Program-made: the position numbers and the translations under genes
The notes under the pieces: generated by a model
Seen by the model: the letters and a program-made list of their open reading frames with translations, nothing else
Databases searched by the model: none
What the model was told of the DNA's origin: nothing
Virus record (IMG/VR): IMGVR_UViG_3300025961_000012
Coordinates: 1-64,000 of that record
Reading direction: 5' to 3' (one strand)
Length of the DNA: 64,000 nucleotides
Source of the DNA: a virus
Lineage: Duplodnaviria; Caudoviricetes
Shown: piece by piece, positions 56,522 to 64,000 of the stretch
Layout: every line of letters begins with the position of its first letter
How positions within the stretch are numbered: position 1 is the stretch's first letter

Positions 56522-57925
56522 ATGGCCGACTCCATACTTGACCTGACACGACAACCTTGGATCCCAGCCAATGATCGTGGACTTGGCAGCACGGGCGGCT
56601 CGGTTCCCTGGTGGCAAACACCGGTGCGCGGGCTCGGGAATTCATCGCCGCTTCTGACTCCGTTCGCCATTCCGAGCGCGCCAAATCCAAACTCACTTTC
56701 TCCGCTGTCACCCGGCGGCACGACGGCCACCGGCTCATCGGTTGGTCCGTTCACGGCTGAAACGCTGGTCAAAAATCCGGAGCTGGCGAACATCTTAAAG
56801 AAGCTCTACGGCGACATCGGCAACATTTCGACCGACCCGAACGTCAATCAGACGGTGCTCCAGAAGAACGTGAAGGACCCCGGGGTTGAGGCGGCCGGTC
56901 AGGCGGCACTCACCCAACAGCAGGCTGACGCTCACAACAATGCCCAATCGATCGCTGACTTTGCCAAGAGCTACATGGCTGCACAACCTGAAGCTCAGGC
57001 GCGCGCGGAACAGGAAGCGGCAAATATCGGCCGCGTACAGTCCGGCGCCCTCGCCGCGGACCTCGCCGCCAACCAACGGTCCAGCGACATCAACAGCACC
57101 CAGAATCTGATGCGCAGGCTGGGCGCTTTAGCTGGCACCCAGAATCTTGGCGATCTTTCCCGCGGCGGCGTGACGAACTCGAACGCCAACGCGAACATCC
57201 TTCAGGCTGCCGCGCAGGCTTCACTGGCGCGTGATGCAGCATCACTGGCTGGCCATCGCCAGAACCTGATGGACGTGCAGAACCTTCAGATCGGAACGGC
57301 CGGTCTGCCACAGAGGATTCTGGACGCCGTGCTGCAGCGGCAACTGACCCCGATTCAGGCCGGCCAGGCATCGAGCGCGGCGGACCTCAACAGGCTGCAG
57401 GCCATCTCCGGACTGCTCGCCGGCAACAGCGTGTTCACGCCGCAATCGCGCAGCGGCATGATTCAGCAGATCCAACAGCTTCTCGGCGCCCAGGCGAATA
57501 TCGATCCGTCGGCGTACTACCGATTCGTGCGGGGCGATTTCCCGAACCAATATCCGGGGGCGGTCCGGCAGCAGGATCTCAGTCTGCCGCCAATCTCGGG
57601 CGGCGGATACAGCGGGATGAACTTCCAGGACATCCTTGCCGCGCTTCAGGCTGGCGGCGGAGGTGCCCCCGGCGCCTATGGGGTTCCCGGTGCCCAGCCG
57701 TTTATCAACGCGCCCGGAGATCTCACCCCGGCGATCCGGGCTCGAGCAGCGGCGCCGGCGCCGGTCCCGCGGTTGACGCCCGCGCCCAATCCGATGCGCG
57801 ACGCGCTTTTCAACGATTACACGTCGGGCACAGGCAGCAGCAATAACGCCTCGGCGATCATGAACTGGCTTTATCAGCTTTCGCCCGAGCAACTGGCGGG
57901 CGTGCCGGCGGGAGGGTTTGAGTAA
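56522..57925 (+). CDS. Internal virion (ejection/pilot) protein
   Basis: Q/A/N/G-rich helical protein, typical position in podoviruses. Confidence 0.6.
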   Translation: MADSILDLTRQPWIPANDRGLGSTGGSVPWWQTPVRGLGNSSPLLTPFAIPSAPNPNSLSPLSPGGTTATGSSVGPFTAETLVKNPELANILKKLYGDIGNISTDPNVNQTVLQKNVKDPGVEAAGQAALTQQQADAHNNAQSIADFAKSYMAAQPEAQARAEQEAANIGRVQSGALAADLAANQRSSDINSTQNLMRRLGALAGTQNLGDLSRGGVTNSNANANILQAAAQASLARDAASLAGHRQNLMDVQNLQIGTAGLPQRILDAVLQRQLTPIQAGQASSAADLNRLQAISGLLAGNSVFTPQSRSGMIQQIQQLLGAQANIDPSAYYRFVRGDFPNQYPGAVRQQDLSLPPISGGGYSGMNFQDILAALQAGGGGAPGAYGVPGAQPFINAPGDLTPAIRARAAAPAPVPRLTPAPNPMRDALFNDYTSGTGSSNNASAIMNWLYQLSPEQLAGVPAGGFE

Positions 57926-58956
57926 TGGCCATCGTTTACGCCGACTCGCCCGGGGCCGCCTTCTCCCAGGCTGCAAACCTAGATCAGCAGCGCGTTCAGA
58001 ATTATCTGAACAGCATTGCGGCGAATCGAAACGCGCAGTTGCAGGGCTGGCAGGCGGCCGAGCGGCAGGCTGCGGTCGCCCAGGAATTGCAGCAGCGCGA
58101 GCAGCAGCAAATGATGCAGCTCGCCCAGCAGGCTGCCCAAGCTCAGGAAAGGCAGCGTCAGTTTGCTGAAAACATGGGGTTATCCCGGGCTGTTCTCGCC
58201 GAAAATACCAGGCACAACATTGCAAGCGAGGAGAAGCCAAACGCCAGCGAGGAGTCGCTCCTGTTCAAAAAACAGAAGGACGAGCAGGCGCAGAACGATC
58301 AGGCGGATTACGCGGCCAACGTGGCCGATTTGCTCAATCGTCACGCGGGACTTCAGAAATTGCTGGCGCAGGTGCCGACGACGCCGCAGGCGCGCGGCGC
58401 GGCCGTTGGTGGGGCCACCGGTGAAGGGTTCATGCCGAAGACCGAAAACAACCTGTTGCGGGCAGCGGCTTATGTGGTGCCGTTCCTGCCCACGTTCAAT
58501 CGCGCGCAGGACACCAAAGCCAGCAAGGAAGCTGAGGTCAAACAGAACATCGCGGCCACAGTTGCGGGATTGCCCGCGGACTTCAGTGGCGCCGATTCGA
58601 TCGAGGATTATGCGAAGATCGCGGCGGCGGCCATCAACGCGCGCATCGCTCAGTTGCCAGAGAAACCGAAGGGCGATCTCGCAGGCATTATTGGGGTGAA
58701 TGATCAAGGCGTGCATGTCCCGCTGATCCAGCGCCCGACGCCTGCCCCGTTGGAACTCACGCCAGCCGAACGGCCGGCCAATGAGTCCGTGAGCGCGCCG
58801 GCGGCGAATCCTGTCCCACCACCACCGATCGCGCAGCCATCGCTTCCTTACTTTCGCAATGACACAGAGATAAAGGCCGCCAGGATTCCGAGTGGAACGA
58901 GCATCATGCTTTGGGATCCATCGCAGAAGAGATACCGGCGCGCGGTGTGGGAGTAA
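57925..58956 (+). CDS. Internal virion (ejection) protein
   Basis: Q-rich coiled coil (QRQFAEN); TAATG coupling. Confidence 0.6.
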   Translation: MAIVYADSPGAAFSQAANLDQQRVQNYLNSIAANRNAQLQGWQAAERQAAVAQELQQREQQQMMQLAQQAAQAQERQRQFAENMGLSRAVLAENTRHNIASEEKPNASEESLLFKKQKDEQAQNDQADYAANVADLLNRHAGLQKLLAQVPTTPQARGAAVGGATGEGFMPKTENNLLRAAAYVVPFLPTFNRAQDTKASKEAEVKQNIAATVAGLPADFSGADSIEDYAKIAAAAINARIAQLPEKPKGDLAGIIGVNDQGVHVPLIQRPTPAPLELTPAERPANESVSAPAANPVPPPPIAQPSLPYFRNDTEIKAARIPSGTSIMLWDPSQKRYRRAVWE

Positions 58957-58957
58957 C

Positions 58958-61900
58958 ATGCCAGCCGTTTTCGTTGATGAGGAACCGCAGGCCCATTTCG
59001 TAGACGACGCAGGGCCAGCGGAGGGTCGCGCCAAGTTCCTGGAAGATCTGCCGGCGCCGACGCCTCCACCCATTCCCGCCGAGCAGATAAGGATGACGCT
59101 TGAACCTGGTGTCACGGAGGGTAAAAGCGCCGAACAGGCCGACATTGAAAGGGCCAACAAAATTGGGGCCCCGCAGGTCGAGCTGAACAAACAGTCTGCG
59201 CCGTTCAATTTGCGGGAACATCTTTCGATGGCCCGGGAGCGGCCGAGTGACAAACTCCAGTACTGGGCGCAACGCATCCCGTGGAGCCCCGCGGGTATCA
59301 TTCAGCCGTTGGAGGTGAAATCAGCGGCCGATCGTATCCAGGCCGGGATCGGAGAACCGAAAGACTTTGAGAAGCTTTCAGATTTCATCGTCTCGGCGGA
59401 GAGACAGCAGAACGCGGGAGTGATTAGCAAGGCTGTGGACATCGCCACCGCGCTGCCCGCTTTCGCTGCGGAATTTTCAGCCACAGGCGGTGCATTCACG
59501 GGGACCCGCGCGGCCGCACAAAGGGCGGGTCTCGCCGCTTTGGAAGAGTCCGCAAAGGCAGTTGCTGGAAAGGCCGCGCGCTACGTGGCAACAAAGGCAG
59601 CCGAGGCGCCCGCATTTATTGCCGGTGCGGCTGCGCAAACTCTCGCCAACCCGAAGCTCATTGCTGAGAACTTTGTCCAGAACGAGCTGAATCGCGTGAA
59701 GTTTAAGGAAGGCGATCAGGGCCAGATCGAGACGATCATCAAGGATGACGACGTCGGCTTTGCGGGGAATCTGCGTAACTCTTTCCTGAAGGCTGGCTTT
59801 GACATCGGAACAGAATACGCGGGTGAACTCCTTCATCCACTCAAGGCGGCCATCGCCGCGCGCTGGATGAATGCCGTGCCCGGCCGAACGCCTGGCGCAC
59901 TTCAGAAGGCGCTTGATGCGAGCGGATGGCATGGGGTGCTGGGCGAAATGTTCGAGGAACGGTTGAACGAGTTTGCGGCACCGCTCTACGGGGAGAATTA
60001 TCAACCACCGAGCCCTCAGCAGCTCATGGCTGAGGCGCTGGCTTTCAGCGTGCCAGGCACCGCTGAACGGCTTTTGTCTGGCCGCGGGCCAGCTATCGAG
60101 AAAGGTAAAGAAAATGCCACTACGCAAAGGACCGAACAGCCACGGACACAACGTGGAGAAGCTAATGCGGGAATACAACCAGTCGGGGAAAATCGGGTCA
60201 ACCAACCCGTCGAGCAGCCACCACGCGCTCCGGATAGCGAACGCAATCGCGTACCGCCTGGAGAAGTCCCCCCGCAAGTCGAAACTCCGCCGGGGACGCC
60301 GGTAACGACGAAGGCGCCGTTGGCCGTTCGCATCCTGACGGCTCGAGGTGTGGCGCCGGACGTCGCTGAATTTGTGGCCGCGCGCGCAGGCGACAAGCCT
60401 GCCAACGAGACGGCGGAGGATTACCGGACGCGCGTCAATGGACTGCACGACGAGTTTGGATTCAAGGTCCCGACCGAGGTAAACCCGGCGAGTAGTGAGG
60501 CGAGCCTCCGGGCGTCAGCCGCGGCTGAGGGTTTCACGGAGGAGCAGATCCAGAACACGCTCGCGAAGGCAAAGGCTGCCGATACCGCCGTTCATGCGGC
60601 GAACACGGCGCTCATCGGTCGGATTCAGGCGGCGCGGCAGCCAGCGACAGTCACTCCTGAACCCCCAACGGCGCCCCCAACTCTGCCCGATGTCGCAGCG
60701 CGATTTCTTCCAGAAGACGCCCGCAGGCTGCTGCAGGAGCACGCTGGCAACATCGCGAATGCCTCGGCGGCGCTGGGTCAAATTGTTCAGCGTCATCTGG
60801 ATTCCGGCGGCCAGGCCATTCTCTACGTTGACGGGAAAGCGGTGCCGATCGTGCAGGCAGAGAATGGAATGCTTCGGGACAAAAAGAATCAGCAGTGGGG
60901 AACGATGCCCCTGTTCACGGGCAGGACCAGTCAGAACAGGCTGGACCTGCTTCCGATTTCTGCAACAAAAGCACCAGTTCCTGCAACGATCCCGCCTGTT
61001 GTTGCAACAAAACCGCTTGTTGGTGAGACAGAAGCAGATTTGCGCGAGCGAATCTTGGGTCCTCCGAAGGATGCCCCGCAGGAGGTGGTGCTCGAGCGAC
61101 TCAAAGCGCGCCTTTTGGAAGCGAAAAATGATGGCGGCGAGGGTGGTGGATTCCATGCGTCCGGCGCCTGGTTTGACATCGGCATTAATTTTCCGACTCC
61201 AGGTAAATCCTACATCAACGGCAGAGGCATCACGATCAACGTTCCAACCGCAGATCTGAAGCGCGGCGATCTGTCCAATGCTGAGATCCTGATCGGGGGC
61301 AAGAAGACGCAAATTGAAGACATCGCGGAAAAGCTCCCAAAGGCACCCCTCCCAAAAGAGGAAGGGGTCAAACCGCCGGAAGTGAACTCGGAACAGGCGA
61401 TCCGTGATCTCATAGATTCACCGGAAACCACTGCGCAGAAGTCGGTTAAAATGCGCCAGATGGCGGAGGCTGCTGGCATCGAACTCAAGGCCATGCAGGA
61501 GCGCGTCGAGGCGGTCCTCGTGAAGATGGCCAATGAGATCGCGCGCAACGAAGGGTTACGCCCGACGACTCGGTTTCATGCGCTGGTAAACCTGTACGAA
61601 CGGCAACCGCTGTTCTCCGCGCGCACCAGCACCAGCGTTGCAGACCAAGCTTATTCGACACCGGCGCCAATAGCTTTCGCCCTGCGGCACATGACCGGTG
61701 TCACCAGTCAGACGCCGGTTTATGACGCGACCGCCGGCAATGGGATGCTCCTGCTGGGCTCGAAACTCGGTGAATCCGTCGCAAACGAGATCAACCCAAA
61801 TCGCGCGCAGGCGCTGCGCGATCTCGGCGTCGGCACGGTCACACAGAATGACGCGACGAAATTCGTGCCGGCGGAGGATTCTCCCGTCGTCCACCTCAAC

Positions 61901-64000
61901 CCGCCGTTTGGAAGTATCCCCAATACCAATTACGACGGATATGGAATCCGGAAGCTCGAACATCTGATCTCGCTCAAGGGACTCGAGGCCATGGAGGATG
62001 GAGGTAGCGCAGCCATCATCCTGGGCGCAGCGCTTCACGAGAAGGAACAGGGCAAAGGCGCGCAGTGGATCTTCGAGAACTATCTGTATGGGCACTACAA
62101 CGTCGTGGACAATTTCGAGATCGCTGGCGATCTCTACGCCAAACAGGGCGCAAAGTTTCCGGTGCGGGTGCTCGTCATCGTGGGCCGGAAGGCAACGCCT
62201 GTAACCGGCGAGTTCGCCCCCAAACACGTTGATCGTCTCACAAACTGGGATGACGTTTGGGCGCGCGCAGAAAAGGCACGCAATGAAGCTGAAAGAATCC
62301 GATCAAGTCTGGGCACCGGTGGACCTGGACCAATATCTCCTGGTATTCCCGAAGGCGCACAGAAACCCGCCCCGGGACCAGGACTCGTTCCTGTTCGACC
62401 AGGTGAGACTGCTGCGCCGGCTGGTGGAGGAGGCCTCCGACGGGGAAATCGAGGAGGGAAATCGACGGCTCCAGGAGGACCTACCGGCGTCGGAGAGCCT
62501 GTGGCTCCCGCCGGACCTGCTGCGCAACCCGGCAACGCCGGGCAACCTGCTCAACAACCCGGCGGAATTGGGCAGCCAACTCCACCAGTGGAAGGAAGGA
62601 GTAGCAGCGGCGCTGAGGATGAAGTCCCTCCCAGTGCTGGAGGCACGGAAGCTGGCGGAGGGACTAAGCCTGGAGTCGTTTCTAAGCCGGGTAATATAAA
62701 GGCCGCAGACATCGGCGACTTGAGCCTCGATGACCTCGACGCTCTGCTTGCAGGCACGCCAGAAGAACAACCGCCACCGGCGCCCGCGCCTATACCTCCC
62801 GCTCCGGAAGCGCCCTATCACTACCCGCAGCCCCTGGAAGGGCAGCCTTACGAGCAACCGCCACAGGCGCCTTATGGCTATCCTGAACCACTGGAGGGGC
62901 AGCCTTACGAAACAGAGAGGGCCACCACTCCGCGCCCGCCGCGGCCACCGAGGAAACCTCCGACTCAACCGCCGAAGAAACCGAAGCTTTCGGATGTCGG
63001 CAAACATCTCGTCGAGGGTGCCAAGTCATCGTTTGAAGCACTGGATCAATTGTTCGGCCGCGGGACGCACATGGGCGCCCTTGGTCCTACTTTCGACGAA
63101 AATACGTATGCTGCGGCAAAGCCCCATTTTGCAAAGGCGTGGAGCGAATATGTGAAGGCTGGGGCGACCCTTCAGGAATACATCCAATACGTCCTGGGCC
63201 GATTCGGAAATGGCGTGAGGATTTATCTGAAACAGTTTTTGGCCGACATGCAGGAGGAGGCAAAGGCCAAAAAGGAAAAACCGAAGGCGACAGAAACGCA
63301 GATCCCATACGAGCAACGTGCAGAAGGATACTCGTTCGGGCTCCTGACACCCAGCAACATCGGAAATGGGACTCATGCTGCACTCGATGCGCTTAAAGCT
63401 CGCGTCGGTCCACTTACAGATTTTGTTGCAGACCGGCTGAACCAATCGCCAACGGAACTGCAAAAGGGACTTTCGGGAGAGCAGATTGACGGCGTGGCGC
63501 TGGCCATCGACCAGATCGAGAATGGCGGTGCGCTCATCATCGGCGACGAGACTGGCATCGGTAAAGGGCGCCAGGCGGCGGCCATCATTCGTTACGCGCA
63601 TCTTCAGGGGAAGATACCCGTGTTTTTCACGAAGGACCCGAAGCTGTTCACCGACATGTACGGGGATCTCGCCGACATCGGGACAACGATTCGACCGCTC
63701 ATTTTCGGCGATCCATCCAAGGCATCCATCGTGAACGAGAACGGTGATGTCATCGTCAAGGCGCCGACGAAGAAACGCCAGGATGCCATCATGCGCGACA
63801 TCCAAGAGCGCGGAATACAGGCGGCTGGTTACGACGCCATCTTTTCGACCTATTCGCAGGTCAACGTCGAAAATGAGCGGCAGAGATTCCTTGAGGGGCT
63901 GGCCCATAACCAGGACACCATCCTGATTCTCGACGAAGCGCACGAGGCGGCCGGCGACGGGGAATCCTCGATGCAGGCGGCATTCATGCAGGGCGGCCAA
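58958..64000 (+). CDS. Giant DarB-like internal virion protein with N6-adenine MTase and Strawberry-notch SF2 helicase domains (runs off the window; absent from the ORF track)
   Basis: Read by hand as open from ATG 58958 to the window end. YSTPAPIA, YDATAGNG, NPPF (61898-61909); GDETGIGKGRQ (63542); ILDEAH (63932). Confidence 0.85.
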   Translation, partial: MPAVFVDEEPQAHFVDDAGPAEGRAKFLEDLPAPTPPPIPAEQIRMTLEPGVTEGKSAEQADIERANKIGAPQVELNKQSAPFNLREHLSMARERPSDKLQYWAQRIPWSPAGIIQPLEVKSAADRIQAGIGEPKDFEKLSDFIVSAERQQNAGVISKAVDIATALPAFAAEFSATGGAFTGTRAAAQRAGLAALEESAKAVAGKAARYVATKAAEAPAFIAGAAAQTLANPKLIAENFVQNELNRVKFKEGDQGQIETIIKDDDVGFAGNLRNSFLKAGFDIGTEYAGELLHPLKAAIAARWMNAVPGRTPGALQKALDASGWHGVLGEMFEERLNEFAAPLYGENYQPPSPQQLMAEALAFSVPGTAERLLSGRGPAIEKGKENATTQRTEQPRTQRGEANAGIQPVGENRVNQPVEQPPRAPDSERNRVPPGEVPPQVETPPGTPVTTKAPLAVRILTARGVAPDVAEFVAARAGDKPANETAEDYRTRVNGLHDEFGFKVPTEVNPASSEASLRASAAAEGFTEEQIQNTLAKAKAADTAVHAANTALIGRIQAARQPATVTPEPPTAPPTLPDVAARFLPEDARRLLQEHAGNIANASAALGQIVQRHLDSGGQAILYVDGKAVPIVQAENGMLRDKKNQQWGTMPLFTGRTSQNRLDLLPISATKAPVPATIPPVVATKPLVGETEADLRERILGPPKDAPQEVVLERLKARLLEAKNDGGEGGGFHASGAWFDIGINFPTPGKSYINGRGITINVPTADLKRGDLSNAEILIGGKKTQIEDIAEKLPKAPLPKEEGVKPPEVNSEQAIRDLIDSPETTAQKSVKMRQMAEAAGIELKAMQERVEAVLVKMANEIARNEGLRPTTRFHALVNLYERQPLFSARTSTSVADQAYSTPAPIAFALRHMTGVTSQTPVYDATAGNGMLLLGSKLGESVANEINPNRAQALRDLGVGTVTQNDATKFVPAEDSPVVHLNPPFGSIPNTNYDGYGIRKLEHLISLKGLEAMEDGGSAAIILGAALHEKEQGKGAQWIFENYLYGHYNVVDNFEIAGDLYAKQGAKFPVRVLVIVGRKATPVTGEFAPKHVDRLTNWDDVWARAEKARNEAERIRSSLGTGGPGPISPGIPEGAQKPAPGPGLVPVRPGETAAPAGGGGLRRGNRGGKSTAPGGPTGVGEPVAPAGPAAQPGNAGQPAQQPGGIGQPTPPVEGRSSSGAEDEVPPSAGGTEAGGGTKPGVVSKPGNIKAADIGDLSLDDLDALLAGTPEEQPPPAPAPIPPAPEAPYHYPQPLEGQPYEQPPQAPYGYPEPLEGQPYETERATTPRPPRPPRKPPTQPPKKPKLSDVGKHLVEGAKSSFEALDQLFGRGTHMGALGPTFDENTYAAAKPHFAKAWSEYVKAGATLQEYIQYVLGRFGNGVRIYLKQFLADMQEEAKAKKEKPKATETQIPYEQRAEGYSFGLLTPSNIGNGTHAALDALKARVGPLTDFVADRLNQSPTELQKGLSGEQIDGVALAIDQIENGGALIIGDETGIGKGRQAAAIIRYAHLQGKIPVFFTKDPKLFTDMYGDLADIGTTIRPLIFGDPSKASIVNENGDVIVKAPTKKRQDAIMRDIQERGIQAAGYDAIFSTYSQVNVENERQRFLEGLAHNQDTILILDEAHEAAGDGESSMQAAFMQGGQ
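60114..60305 (+). CDS. Nested small basic protein in the +1 frame of the giant gene
   Basis: AAAGGT RBS; MPLRKGPNSHGHNVEKLMREY..GKIG..ALRIANAIAY resembles the small phage MPLKKG..AVAIA proteins. Confidence 0.6.
   Translation: MPLRKGPNSHGHNVEKLMREYNQSGKIGSTNPSSSHHALRIANAIAYRLEKSPRKSKLRRGRR
62283..62699 (+). CDS. Nested 138-aa helical protein in the +1 frame of the giant gene
   Basis: Normal CTG/GAG-rich codons and globular composition, while the host frame is a Gly/Pro linker over exactly this span. Confidence 0.6.
   Translation: MKLKESDQVWAPVDLDQYLLVFPKAHRNPPRDQDSFLFDQVRLLRRLVEEASDGEIEEGNRRLQEDLPASESLWLPPDLLRNPATPGNLLNNPAELGSQLHQWKEGVAAALRMKSLPVLEARKLAEGLSLESFLSRVI
62806..62910 (+). repeat. 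Imperfect 60-nt tandem duplication
   Basis: Encodes PEAPYHYPQPLEGQPYE / PQAPYGYPEPLEGQPYE. Confidence 0.7.

Noticed and set aside
24572-64000. Long antisense ORFs (e.g. 24572-25399, 28496-29395, 30368-31378, 47379-48365, 58180-59301, 59477-60448, 63026-64000)
   Set aside because: They are shadows of GC-rich sense genes, with no motifs, RBS or promoter.
1-64000. tRNA, rRNA, integrase, tape-measure or tail-tube genes
   Set aside because: None recognised by eye. The lack of a tape measure fits a podovirus-type tail. A tRNAscan/HMM run is needed to be certain.

Overview
The whole window looks like one large tailed-phage (or prophage) genome segment. No host housekeeping genes, integrase, tRNA or CRISPR array were seen. 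Layout: (i) 1-20.3 kb, leftward genes for replication and recombination (lambda-O-like initiator with an internal iteron array, DnaC-like loader, ExoVIII-like nuclease, AAA_24 ATPase), plus an early accessory cluster (LPD29, DUF7007-like, RadC/JAB) punctuated by long RNA hairpins, and a ~1.1 kb non-coding gap at 15.1-16.2 kb that may be the genome end or pac region. (ii) 20.4-22.6 kb, rightward genes including an HTH protein and a TerS candidate. (iii) An inverted terminase large subunit. (iv) 24.3-64 kb, a rightward podovirus-type virion operon: portal, scaffold, major capsid, adaptor, gp10-like tail protein, fibres, lysis membrane proteins, ejection proteins, and a giant N6-MTase/Strawberry-notch helicase protein that runs off the window. 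The standout feature is a translationally coupled glycan-building cassette inside the virion operon: a GT9-like transferase, an HldE-type nucleotidyltransferase, three further GTs, two SAM methyltransferases and a B12 radical-SAM enzyme. Also notable: two apparently real genes nested in the +1 frame of the giant ejection protein; an M.EcoHK31I-style two-frame C5 methylase with a nonsense codon in one frame only; a head-tail adaptor fused to a degenerate metallophosphoesterase; a candidate ~140-nt structured RNA; and a family of CCGCTTGACA promoters that drive leaderless genes. All family assignments are from motif recognition by eye, with no database searches. A Verrucomicrobiota-like host is only an inference.
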